Below the pieces are notes generated by a model. The model saw only the letters and a program-made list of their open reading frames with translations. It made no database searches and was not told where the DNA came from. From Aliivibrio fischeri ES114 (lineage in GTDB: Bacteria > Pseudomonadota > Gammaproteobacteria > Enterobacterales > Vibrionaceae): 32,000 nt of DNA. The translations under genes were made by a program, and so were the position numbers. Location: the NCBI RefSeq assembly GCF_000011805.1, contig NC_006840.2; one strand, given 5' to 3'. Shown here piece after piece: positions 19,037 to 29,064 of this stretch (positions are counted from its first letter, which is position 1; each line of letters starts with the position of its first letter).

Positions 19037-19783
19037 TTAGCCTTGTAACGCACGTTGGCGTACTGCTTCAAATAAACAGATACCAGACGCTACAGAAACT
19101 TTTAAACTTGATACAGAGCCAGCCATTGGGATTTTAATTAGGTCATCACACGTTTTCACGTGTTTAAGCGACGCATGCCATCTCCGTTCTGCACCCATCA
19201 CTATTGCTAAAGGACCAGTTAATTTAGACTGGAATACATCATGAGTTGCCTCACCAGCAGTCCCAACAAACCATACGCCCTTTTCTTGTAATGCACGCAT
19301 TGTACGAGCTAGGTTAGTTACACGTACTAAAGGAACCGTTTCAGCCGCACCACATGCAACTTTACTTACGGTTGCTGTCATTGATGCAGATTTGTCTTTT
19401 GGTACGATAACCGCAGCTACACCTGCCGCATCGGCATTACGTAAACATGCACCTAGGTTGTGAGGATCAGTCACACCATCAAGAACAAGCAATAATGGAT
19501 TCTCTGTTTGAGACACGATATCGTCTAAATCATGTTCATTCAGTTGCTTAGCTGGCGTTACACGAGCAATAATTCCTTGGTGATTGGCACCATTTGCTTT
19601 GTCATCCAACGTTTTACGTGGCAGTTCTTGAATCTTAAAACCCAACTGCGTTAATTCATTCAAGATTGGTAATAAACGATCATCTTGACGACCTTTTAAT
19701 ACAAATACTTCAATAAAACGGGCAGGATCACGCTCTAGTACTGCTTTGGCTGCGTGGATACCAAAAATATAATCATTACTCAT
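19037..19783 (-). CDS. rlmB: 23S rRNA (guanosine2251-2'-O)-methyltransferase RlmB (SPOUT/TrmH family), with a locally corrupted motif
   Basis: 248 aa, collinear with E. coli RlmB ([39 protein letters not shown]). The exception is residues [13 protein letters not shown], which replace the conserved EGxGMRRLTRE motif (see findings). Confidence 0.9.
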   Translation of the reverse strand: MSNDYIFGIHAAKAVLERDPARFIEVFVLKGRQDDRLLPILNELTQLGFKIQELPRKTLDDKANGANHQGIIARVTPAKQLNEHDLDDIVSQTENPLLLVLDGVTDPHNLGACLRNADAAGVAAVIVPKDKSASMTATVSKVACGAAETVPLVRVTNLARTMRALQEKGVWFVGTAGEATHDVFQSKLTGPLAIVMGAERRWHASLKHVKTCDDLIKIPMAGSVSSLKVSVASGICLFEAVRQRALQG

Positions 19784-19819
19784 GCTGTCGCTTCTTTTCT
19801 TTACTTATTTGTTTATCTA

Positions 19820-19842
19820 AATGGGGCTATAACCGCCCCATT
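19820..19842 (-). other. Intercistronic stem-loop between rnr and rlmB
   Basis: Perfect 8-bp stem aatggggc / gccccatt with a 7-nt loop. There is no U-tract, so it is more likely an RNA processing/stability element than a terminator. Confidence 0.3.
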
Positions 19843-19849
19843 ATCGAAA

Positions 19850-22357
19850 TTACTTATTTGCCTTTGGCTTTCTTGCTCTAACTTTTTTCTTGTGCTTCGG
19901 CTTTTTCTTAGCTTTCACACCTTCTGTTGAGCCGTCAGGGCGCTTTGTTGGTTCAACCATCGCTTGTGCTTTTGATTTTACCTTGCCTTTTTTACCCTTA
20001 GATTTTCGTTCGCCAAGTTGACCTAAACCTTTAGGTTCAGACTTATCACCTTTTTTCTTTGGCTTGAAATTAGGATCACGACGTGGCTCTTTTGCACCAC
20101 GTTTTTTCGCATTTTCTTTTGCTGTTTTACCATGTCCACGAGCTTTACGCATTGAGCTAGTGCACTCGAAATCGATATTACGATCATCAAGGTTTACCGC
20201 AACAACTTTGACCGTAACTTGATCGCCAAGACGGAAAATTTGACCAGAACTTTCACCTGTCAAACGCTGACCAGCTGGATCAAACTGGTAGTAGTCATTA
20301 GCTAGTGATGAAATATGAACTAAACCATCAATATGAAGATCATTTAATCGAACAAAGAAACCAAAGCCTGTGACATTAGCAATCACACCTTCAAGCTCTT
20401 CACCGATATGATCTTGCATGTATTCACATTTCAGCCAATCAGATACATCACGTGTCGCATCGTCAGCACGGCGCTCTGTCATTGAACATTGCTCACCAAA
20501 TACATCCATATCATCGAATGAATAATGGTAACCACCTGTTGGTGTCCAACGATCGTTATTCTGACCTTTTTCTTTTGCAATAAGATACTTAATTGCACGG
20601 TGCAGCAATAAGTCTGGGTAACGACGAATTGGTGACGTAAAGTGTGCGTAACGTTTCAATGCCAAACCAAAATGCCCAGCATTATCTGCGTTATATACCG
20701 CCTGCTTCATTGAGCGTAGCAGCATAGTTTGAATCAATTCTTTATCTGGGCGATCAGCAATCACATGCACCAATTGACCGTAATCCGTTGGTGATGGTGT
20801 TAATCCACCAGATAGGCTTAAACCTAGCTCTCCTAAGAAGTCACGGAACCCTTGCAGGCGTTCTTCACCCGGAGATTCATGCACACGATACAAAGCTGGC
20901 TCTTTGGCTTTTTCAACAAAAGTAGCCGATGCAATGTTAGCTAAAATCATACACTCTTCGATGATCTTATGTGCATCATTACGTATCACTGGCTCAATGC
21001 TGTCAATCTTACGATCCGCATTGAAGATAAATTTGGTTTCAATGGTTTCAAACTCAATTGCTCCACGCGCTTCACGTGCTGTTTTTAGCACCTGATACAT
21101 ATTGTGAAGCTCTTTTAAGTGTGGAACTAAAGGCTCATAACGCTGAGTCAGTTCTTCATCACCATCAAGAATATCACTTACTTTATTGTAAGTAAGACGA
21201 GCGTGTGAATTCATCACCGCTTCATAATGTTTGTAGCCAGAAAGCTTACCTGATGCAGAGATAGTCATCTCACACACCATACATAAACGATCAACTTGTG
21301 GGTTCAATGAACATAGTCCATTAGAGAGAACCTCTGGCAACATTGGAACCACTTGCGCAGGGAAGTAAACCGAGTTACCACGCTGAATCGCTTCTTTATC
21401 TAATGCATTATCAGGGCGAACGTAGTAACTTACATCAGCAATCGCCACCCATAAACGCCAACCACCAGAAGCTTTAGCTTGACAGAATACGGCATCATCA
21501 AAATCTCGTGCATCTTCACCATCAATCGTAACCAATGGTAATTCACGTAAATCGACACGGCCTTCTTTTGCTTCTTCTGGCACTTCCTCACCTAGCCCTT
21601 CAACTTGTTTTTCAACCGCTGCTGGCCATACGTGTGGAATATTATGTGTACGAAGTGCAATATCAATTTCCATTCCTGGCGCCATATTTTCACCAAGAAC
21701 TTCCGTAATTTTACCTGTCATACCTCGAGCACGGCTACCACGATCTGTGATATCCATAACGACAACGTTACCCATTCGGGCACCCATTTTATGCTCTTTA
21801 GGAATGAAGATATCTTGACTAATACGAGAATCGTCAGGAACAACAAACCCCATACCGTCTTCAATAAAGAATCGACCAACAATACCTTCGTTACGAGGCT
21901 CTAATACACGAACAACTCGGCCTTCTTTTCGGCCTCGTTTATCCGTTCCTGTTGGTTGTACTAATACCACATCACCATGAATCACTTTCTTCATTTGGTG
22001 GAAAGGAAGCAGTACATCGTTATCTTTACCTAGGCTACCTTCTGGACGAATCCAACCGAAACCATCACGATGACCTAATACCACACCTTTTAACATTTCG
22101 ATGCGTTCAGGCAGTGCATAACATTGACGACGAGTAAATACTAACTGACCGTCACGCTCCATTGCACGTAAACGACGACGTAAACCTTCATAGCTATCTT
22201 CACCAGATAAACCTAGGGCTTCGAATAAGTCATTACGATTTAACGGTGCATCGGCTTTTTCAAAAAATTCCAGAATAAATTCACGGCTTGGAATTGGATT
22301 CTCGTATTTTTCAGCTTCTCGATCTTGAAAAGGATCGTTTTGAATAATCTTAGACAT
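19850..22357 (-). CDS. rnr: Ribonuclease R
   Basis: 835 aa, collinear with E. coli RNase R ([19 protein letters not shown], the RNB core [12 protein letters not shown], and an S1 domain). It has a long Lys-rich C-terminal tail. Confidence 0.97.
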   Translation of the reverse strand: MSKIIQNDPFQDREAEKYENPIPSREFILEFFEKADAPLNRNDLFEALGLSGEDSYEGLRRRLRAMERDGQLVFTRRQCYALPERIEMLKGVVLGHRDGFGWIRPEGSLGKDNDVLLPFHQMKKVIHGDVVLVQPTGTDKRGRKEGRVVRVLEPRNEGIVGRFFIEDGMGFVVPDDSRISQDIFIPKEHKMGARMGNVVVMDITDRGSRARGMTGKITEVLGENMAPGMEIDIALRTHNIPHVWPAAVEKQVEGLGEEVPEEAKEGRVDLRELPLVTIDGEDARDFDDAVFCQAKASGGWRLWVAIADVSYYVRPDNALDKEAIQRGNSVYFPAQVVPMLPEVLSNGLCSLNPQVDRLCMVCEMTISASGKLSGYKHYEAVMNSHARLTYNKVSDILDGDEELTQRYEPLVPHLKELHNMYQVLKTAREARGAIEFETIETKFIFNADRKIDSIEPVIRNDAHKIIEECMILANIASATFVEKAKEPALYRVHESPGEERLQGFRDFLGELGLSLSGGLTPSPTDYGQLVHVIADRPDKELIQTMLLRSMKQAVYNADNAGHFGLALKRYAHFTSPIRRYPDLLLHRAIKYLIAKEKGQNNDRWTPTGGYHYSFDDMDVFGEQCSMTERRADDATRDVSDWLKCEYMQDHIGEELEGVIANVTGFGFFVRLNDLHIDGLVHISSLANDYYQFDPAGQRLTGESSGQIFRLGDQVTVKVVAVNLDDRNIDFECTSSMRKARGHGKTAKENAKKRGAKEPRRDPNFKPKKKGDKSEPKGLGQLGERKSKGKKGKVKSKAQAMVEPTKRPDGSTEGVKAKKKPKHKKKVRARKPKANK

Positions 22358-22450
22358 AGGCTGACCTGCTTAGTCGGAGAGACAAGAAATATAGTTATAT
22401 TGTACCTGAGTATGCCTATAACAGATAGGAAAGGATCTGGAATTCAAGTC

Positions 22451-22876
22451 TTAAATTCGCTTCAAAAGAATGAGTAACTCACTGTTATCGGTAAGCATGT
22501 CTTGAATCGTATGTTTATCAAGCTCATCTAAAAACGCTTGCTTTGCTTTCGCTAATGCACCTTTTAAACGACATGCCGGTGTAATATGGCAAAACTCAGG
22601 AGCACAGTTAACCACCTGTAATGGTTCAATAGCTCGAATGACATCACCAATAATGATTTGATCCGCAGGTTTTCCTAAGCAGATCCCGCCATTTTTACCT
22701 CGAATGGTTTTGACATACCCTTCTTGGCCTAATTTGTTAATTATTTTCACCATGTGGTTACGTGATACATCAAAAGTTTCAGTAACCACAGTAATGCTAG
22801 TCAATTCACCTTCTGGTAATGACCCTAAATAAATCAAGGCTCTTAAGCCAAAATCAGTGAAATTTGTTAATTGCAT
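22451..22876 (-). CDS. nsrR: Nitric-oxide-sensing Rrf2-family repressor NsrR
   Basis: 141 aa. MQLT.FTD.GLRALIY matches NsrR, with the three [Fe-S]-ligand cysteines in [14 protein letters not shown]. It lies upstream of rnr-rlmB as in E. coli. Confidence 0.95.
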
Positions 22877-22920
22877 ATCCTCTCCTTCTCTTTTTTCATT
22901 GTAATTCTTCTCTTGACTAA

Positions 22921-22943
22921 AAGATATATTTTAGATACAACTT
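22921..22943. promoter_or_regulatory. Candidate NsrR operator 1 in the nsrR / hmp divergent region
   Basis: AAGATATATTT-T-AGATACAACTT compared with the 11-1-11 NsrR dyad AAGATGCATTT-n-AAATGCATCTT. The match is 9/11 plus 8/11. Confidence 0.5.
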
Positions 22944-22945
22944 AT

Positions 22946-22968
22946 AACATACATTATAAATACACCTT
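22946..22968. promoter_or_regulatory. Candidate NsrR operator 2 immediately upstream of hmp
   Basis: AACATACATTA-T-AAATACACCTT compared with the NsrR dyad. The match is 8/11 plus 9/11, and the site ends 15 nt before the hmp ATG. Confidence 0.45.
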
Positions 22969-22982
22969 TAAAGGTAAACAAT

Positions 22983-24167
22983 ATGCTCAACAAAAACACC
23001 ATTGATATCGTTAAATCAACAATTCCATTACTTGCTGAAACTGGTCCTGCTTTAACTGCGCATTTTTACGATCGCATGTTTACACATAACCCCGAGTTAA
23101 AAGATATTTTTAACATGAGCAATCAACGTAATGGCGACCAACGTGAAGCATTATTTAATGCTATTTGCGCCTATGCAGGGAATATTGAAAATCTTGAAGT
23201 GCTATTACCAGCGGTTGAAAAGATTGCTCATAAGCATACGAGCTTTATGATCACAGCTGAGCAGTACAATATTGTTGGTGGTCACTTACTTGCCACTCTT
23301 GATGAAATGTTTTCCCCTGGACAAGAAGTGTTAGATGCTTGGGGTGAAGCTTATGGCGTTCTCGCAAATGTATTTATTCAACGTGAAGAACAAATATATC
23401 AAGAGAATAACAACCAAGAAGGCGGCTGGCGTGGTCTACGTGAGTTTGAGCTTATTGCAAAAGAAAAAGAGAGTGAGCTAATCACAAGCTTTACCTTTAT
23501 ACCTACAGATGACCAACCTGTCTCTCGCTTTAAACCAGGTCAATATTTAGGGATTTACTTAACTCCTGAAGAATTTGAAAACCAAGAAATTCGTCAGTAC
23601 AGTTTATCTTCTGCCCCACAAGAAAAAACATATCGTATATCAGTAAAACGAGAAGATGGCGGTAAAGCATCAAACTATTTACATGACCAATTGAATATTG
23701 GTGATAAGGTCAATCTTGCTGCCCCTGCTGGTGACTTTTTCTTAGATGTTGAGGCATCAACACCAGTAACACTTATTTCGGCTGGAGTTGGATTAACACC
23801 AACCCTTTCTATGCTTGAAACATTAACAGAGCATAACGCAAACGTGAGCTGGTTACATGCTACAGAAAATGGTACTCAACATGCCTTTAGAGAACATGTA
23901 AATACGTTAGCAGAAGCCCACTCACATATTTCGACTTACACTTGGTATAACCAACCGCAAGAAGTAGATAAGCTAAATCAACATTTTGACTTCTCAGGTT
24001 TTATGAATTTATCTGAAGTTAAAGATGAAATCATTACAGACAATGGCCACTACTATTTCTGTGGACCGGTTGGCTTTATGCAACACGTCGCAAAACAATT
24101 AGTTGAGCTAGGTGTTTCCGAAGACCGTATCCATTACGAATGCTTTGGACCACATAAAGTGCTTTAA
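22983..24167 (+). CDS. hmp: Flavohemoprotein (NO dioxygenase)
   Basis: 394 aa. The globin domain ([36 protein letters not shown]) is fused to an FAD/NAD(P)H reductase domain ([16 protein letters not shown], and a C-terminal [10 protein letters not shown] identical to E. coli Hmp). Confidence 0.97.
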   Translation: MLNKNTIDIVKSTIPLLAETGPALTAHFYDRMFTHNPELKDIFNMSNQRNGDQREALFNAICAYAGNIENLEVLLPAVEKIAHKHTSFMITAEQYNIVGGHLLATLDEMFSPGQEVLDAWGEAYGVLANVFIQREEQIYQENNNQEGGWRGLREFELIAKEKESELITSFTFIPTDDQPVSRFKPGQYLGIYLTPEEFENQEIRQYSLSSAPQEKTYRISVKREDGGKASNYLHDQLNIGDKVNLAAPAGDFFLDVEASTPVTLISAGVGLTPTLSMLETLTEHNANVSWLHATENGTQHAFREHVNTLAEAHSHISTYTWYNQPQEVDKLNQHFDFSGFMNLSEVKDEIITDNGHYYFCGPVGFMQHVAKQLVELGVSEDRIHYECFGPHKVL

Positions 24168-24186
24168 TTTTTATAAAGTAGAAATG

Positions 24187-24224
24187 CAAAAACGCCCAAT
24201 GACATAATCATTGGGCGTTTTTTC
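24187..24224. terminator. Bidirectional rho-independent terminator between convergent hmp and the Sel1-repeat gene
   Basis: Perfect 12-bp stem aacgcccaatga (24191-24202) / tcattgggcgtt (24208-24219) with a 5-nt loop. It is flanked by an A-run and a T-run. Confidence 0.85.
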
Positions 24225-24268
24225 GAGTTGATGAAACTCAATCGACTAAAATGAATCTTCTTTCAGGT

Positions 24269-24901
24269 TTACCAGAAAGTGTCGCGGCGCTTAGCCCTAG
24301 CGATCACATTGCCAGGCATACGCATTTCTAATCCACTTCTTAAATTAGCAATTCGCTTATGTTTACGTCCATCAGCAGTAACAGAATTATACAGCCAACG
24401 ATACGCATCTTCGTAGTCTAATGGACTACCATAATCGCTAAGTAGCAATTCAGCTAAATGAATACGCGCATTAATGTTTCCCATGCCTGCAGCTTCACGC
24501 AAGTATGGAATTGCTCGCTCTCTATCCTGCTGAACTAATGTACCTTTGGCATAATAACGGCCAATTTGCTCTAACGCAGCTGGTAAGCCTTGTCTCGCAG
24601 CATTTTCCATATAATACAGGCCAAGTTCGACATCACGATCAACACATACACCCCATGCAAGCATATCTCCGTAAAGGAACTCATAAGCAGGTGAATCGAT
24701 TTTAGTTGCTCGCGCAACGATATCTTGAACTAACTGACAATTATCAACGTTCTTCACCTGATTTAAGTGTGAATTGGTATCAAACAGTCGAAATAATTGG
24801 TTTTCGGTATAAATTGGGATCGGCTCTCCGATCTCTTCGCTAGCTGCATACATTGGCGCAAATGCCACCAAACATGCCGCTACGAGGTGTCGTAGTTTCA
24901 T
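24269..24901 (-). CDS. Secreted Sel1-like (SLR/TPR-type) repeat protein, function unknown
   Basis: 210 aa. It has a signal peptide (MKLRHLVAACLVAFAPMYAAS) and then Sel1-type repeats (YGDMLAWGVCVDRDVELGLYYMENAARQGLPAALEQIGRYYAKG..QQDRERAIPYLREAAGMGNINARIHLAELLL). Confidence 0.8.
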   Translation of the reverse strand: MKLRHLVAACLVAFAPMYAASEEIGEPIPIYTENQLFRLFDTNSHLNQVKNVDNCQLVQDIVARATKIDSPAYEFLYGDMLAWGVCVDRDVELGLYYMENAARQGLPAALEQIGRYYAKGTLVQQDRERAIPYLREAAGMGNINARIHLAELLLSDYGSPLDYEDAYRWLYNSVTADGRKHKRIANLRSGLEMRMPGNVIARAKRRDTFW

Positions 24902-25053
24902 AATTCATCAACTCTTTATAACTGTATTTATTATATCGACGTTGGCGGCAACATCTTTAGACAAAATTTGCCCTAAGTGGCAATTTTTTGCCCACTAGAT
25001 ATAAGTGATTGATTCAACGATATTTGAGTATTTGATGGGGGCAGAGATAGGGG

Positions 25054-25100
25054 CTAGGGATCAGAAACTAGGGATCAGAAACTAGGGACTAGAAACTGGA
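25054..25100. repeat. 14-bp tandem repeat, three full copies plus a degenerate fourth
   Basis: The copies are CTAGGGATCAGAAA (25054-25067), CTAGGGATCAGAAA (25068-25081) and CTAGGGACTAGAAA (25082-25095), then CTGGAAT... The two perfect copies each contain GATC. Confidence 0.9.
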
Positions 25101-25111
25101 ATACCAGACAT

Positions 25112-25140
25112 AAAAAAACCAGCTACATGAGCTGGTTTTT
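25112..25140 (-). terminator. Rho-independent terminator after purA
   Basis: Stem aaccagct / agctggtt with a 5-nt loop. The A7 run on the plus strand gives a U-run on the minus-strand RNA. Confidence 0.85.
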
Positions 25141-25158
25141 CTTTCATTCACTAAGCGA

Positions 25159-26496
<1,338 letters not shown>

Positions 26497-26652
26497 TTAA
26501 AAATGGATTCTAGCATTGATAGAAAAATCTTTCAGTTATTTTTAACCGAAATCTCACTTTCACTATAAAGCGCTATTAATATTCCGTTATTTATTATTTC
26601 TTTTTCTAATAAAATCAGAAATTAGCCTGTGATTTTATATTTAAGAAAAAAA

Positions 26653-26838
26653 TCAAAGCATCACACTACAAATAACAAGCCCTGCGACGACTAAACATCC
26701 ACCAATTCGACGCAGCGTATTATCCGGTTGCTCACTCAATTGAGCGACCATATTACGCCAACCATTAGGGGCAATTAATGGTCCCAACCCCTCAACAATT
26801 AACACCATACCAATCGCTAACCAAATTGTGTTACTCAT
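26653..26838 (-). CDS. yjeT: DUF2065-family small membrane protein (YjeT homologue)
   Basis: MSNTIWLAIGMVLIVEGLGPLIAP...PDNTLRRIGGCLVVAGL is collinear with E. coli YjeT, and the position between hflC and purA is conserved. The ORF-track start at 26844 is a TTG. The ATG at 26838 has an AAGGA RBS 6 nt upstream and is preferred. Confidence 0.85.
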   Translation of the reverse strand: MSNTIWLAIGMVLIVEGLGPLIAPNGWRNMVAQLSEQPDNTLRRIGGCLVVAGLVICSVML

Positions 26839-26863
26839 TGCCAATCCTTAATTCGATTCAATT

Positions 26864-26894
26864 TCTATACGCTAAATACAAAACAAGGCCCCGA
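26864..26894 (-). terminator. Rho-independent terminator/attenuator after hflC
   Basis: The minus-strand RNA reads ACAAGGUCC-UUCG-GGGCCUUGU (9 bp, with a G.U pair only on the minus strand, and a UUCG tetraloop) followed by UUUGUAUUU. Confidence 0.75.
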
Positions 26895-26935
26895 AGGACC
26901 TTGTTATTTTATACGTTAATTAAACAAATGAATGT

Positions 26936-27820
26936 TTACTTTCCGCCTTTTGAATCATTCATGTACTTAAAGAAGTCAGTCTTAGGATCAAGTACTAAGA
27001 TATCACTCTTACTGTTGAATGATTTTTCATACGCTCTTAATGAACGAATGAAGCTAAAGAACTCAGGCTCTTTATTAAATGCATCTGCATACAATTTAGC
27101 GACTTTTGCGTCCGCATTACCACGAGTAATTCGTGCTGTTTTATCTGCTTCAGCAATAATTGTCGCTACTTCAAGTTCTGATTGAGCACGAATTACTTCG
27201 GCTTTCTCACGACCTTGGGAACGTAGTTTACGAGCAACGGCTTCACGCTCTGCACGCATACGACGGTAAATAGATTCAGAGATTTCTTCTGGTAAGTTGA
27301 TTTTCTTAATTCGTAAATCAATTACCTCAATCCCTAAATCGCCCGTTCCATCTTGCGAGTCTAGAAGTACGGTATTCATTACTTCTTCACGTTTTTCAGA
27401 AACAAGCTCTTTTACTGTCGTGCTACCAATCTCAGCACGTAAACCATCAGATACACGGCGTTGTAATAACGCTTCCGCCGTTAGGATATTACCACCACCT
27501 GTTGCTAGGTAGAATTGACCAAAGTCTTTAATCTTCCACTTAACATATGAGTCGATGATAACGTCTTTTTTCTCTGACGTTACGAAACGGTCTGATTGAT
27601 CATCCATTGTTTGAATACGAGCATCTAACGTGTTTACACGATCGAACAGTGGCATTTTAAAGTGCAGACCAGGTTCGTAAATACGTGTAATGTTGTTATC
27701 TTCTTTAATCAAACGACCAAAACGAGTAACAATACCGCGCTCACCTTCTGGAATCACAAACAGTGACATCAGGAAAATAGCAACAACAACGATAAGTGTT
27801 GGGATCATTAACTTACGCAT
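26936..27820 (-). CDS. hflC: FtsH protease modulator HflC (SPFH/band-7)
   Basis: 294 aa. It has an N-terminal TM segment and an SPFH domain (ERGIVTRFGR). It is immediately downstream of hflK. Confidence 0.95.
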   Translation of the reverse strand: MRKLMIPTLIVVVAIFLMSLFVIPEGERGIVTRFGRLIKEDNNITRIYEPGLHFKMPLFDRVNTLDARIQTMDDQSDRFVTSEKKDVIIDSYVKWKIKDFGQFYLATGGGNILTAEALLQRRVSDGLRAEIGSTTVKELVSEKREEVMNTVLLDSQDGTGDLGIEVIDLRIKKINLPEEISESIYRRMRAEREAVARKLRSQGREKAEVIRAQSELEVATIIAEADKTARITRGNADAKVAKLYADAFNKEPEFFSFIRSLRAYEKSFNSKSDILVLDPKTDFFKYMNDSKGGK

Positions 27821-27822
27821 GA

Positions 27823-29028
27823 TTAATATCTCCCTTCACGTGTTGAGTTACGGCCAGTAGAGTTCGTAGTAGTTGGTTGGTTCTTTTTCTCTAATTCAAT
27901 CGTGTAATCTTTTGAAGACGATGTTGACGTCTTAGGAGATACGTTTGTCGCTCCTTGTTGATTACCCGTAATTTTATCTAATGGAAGGTATAAAAGATTT
28001 CCATTTGATTCTGAATCGATCAAAACCTTACTTGTATTGCTGTATACACGTTCCATAGTATCAAGGTACAAACGAGTACGAGTTACTTCTGGCGCTTTAT
28101 TGTATTCAGGCAATAGTTTTTCAAACTGTGCAATTTGACCAATTGCTTCGTTAACTTTACGTTCAGTATAACCTTGAGCTTCTTTCTTCAAACGTTCAGC
28201 ACGACCTGTCGCTTTTGGAAGAATGTCATTACTGTACGCTTCAGCTTCACGAATGAAACGCTCTTCATCTTCTCGAGCTGCAATTGCATCATCAAATGAC
28301 GCTTTTACTTGTTCAGGTGGACGAGCTGATTGGAAGTTCACATCAACGACAATTAAACCCATGTCGTATTTATCAATAATACGATTCAGTGTTTCTTGAG
28401 TACGTTGACGGATCTCTTGACGACCACTGGTCAAGATGTCATCCATTTTTGCATCACCAATAACAGCACGTAATGCAGAATCTGTCGCTTGACGTAAGCT
28501 GTCATCAGCATTCGTTACGGTATAAAGATATTTATGAGCATCAGCAACACGGTATTGAACACCCATCTCAACAGTAACTACGTTTTCATCTTTCGTTAGC
28601 ATTAAACCTTTTGAGTTTAAAGAACGAATAGACTGAATGTTTACTGGTGTCACTTGATCAATAAAGGTTGGTTTCCAGTTTAGACCTGGATCAACCATAC
28701 GATCGTATTGGCCAAAACGTAATACAACGCCTCGGTCACTTTCACCAATAGTATAGAAACCAGAGAATACCCAAATCGCAATAGCGACAACTGCAATTAG
28801 TCCTAAACCAACTGCGCCACCATTACCAAATGAAGGTAAACCACTGCCACCTTTATTGTTTCCACCGTTATTACCACCACCAAACTTACCGCTTAGCTTC
28901 TGGCTTAACTTGTTAAACACCTCATCAAGATCTGGTGGACCTTGATCACGGCCACCGCGATTTTTATTACCCCAAGGGTCTTTATCGCCGCCGTTATTGT
29001 TGTTATTTCCAGGCTCATTCCACGCCAT
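27823..29028 (-). CDS. hflK: FtsH protease modulator HflK (SPFH/band-7)
   Basis: 401 aa. MAWNEPGNN...DQGPPDLDEVF.KLS.KL matches the E. coli HflK N-terminus, followed by a TM segment and an SPFH domain. Confidence 0.95.
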   Translation of the reverse strand: MAWNEPGNNNNNGGDKDPWGNKNRGGRDQGPPDLDEVFNKLSQKLSGKFGGGNNGGNNKGGSGLPSFGNGGAVGLGLIAVVAIAIWVFSGFYTIGESDRGVVLRFGQYDRMVDPGLNWKPTFIDQVTPVNIQSIRSLNSKGLMLTKDENVVTVEMGVQYRVADAHKYLYTVTNADDSLRQATDSALRAVIGDAKMDDILTSGRQEIRQRTQETLNRIIDKYDMGLIVVDVNFQSARPPEQVKASFDDAIAAREDEERFIREAEAYSNDILPKATGRAERLKKEAQGYTERKVNEAIGQIAQFEKLLPEYNKAPEVTRTRLYLDTMERVYSNTSKVLIDSESNGNLLYLPLDKITGNQQGATNVSPKTSTSSSKDYTIELEKKNQPTTTNSTGRNSTREGRY

Positions 29029-29064
29029 TAGAAAACTCCATGATAATTATGAAGATAAAGAATT

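Noticed and set aside
24960-24995. A weak hairpin, TTGCC-ctaagt-GGCAA followed by T6, upstream of the Sel1-repeat gene.
   Set aside because: It has a 5-bp stem and sits on the strand opposite to both neighbouring genes, with no upstream plus-strand transcription unit. It is probably just promoter-region AT-rich sequence.
26778-27185. A 135-aa plus-strand ORF, the longest unexplained ORF, spanning the yjeT start, the intergenic hairpin and the hflC 3' end.
   Set aside because: It runs antisense through two well-supported genes and a terminator hairpin. Its sequence is low-complexity, with no recognisable motif and no RBS. It is most likely a chance open frame in AT-rich DNA.
28830-29028. Asn/Gly-rich low-complexity runs at the HflK N-terminus (NNNNNGG, GGGNNGGNNKGGSG) as a possible repeat expansion.
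   Set aside because: E. coli HflK has an equivalent Gly/Ser/Asn-rich cytoplasmic N-terminal region before its TM segment. This is a normal family feature with lineage-specific composition.
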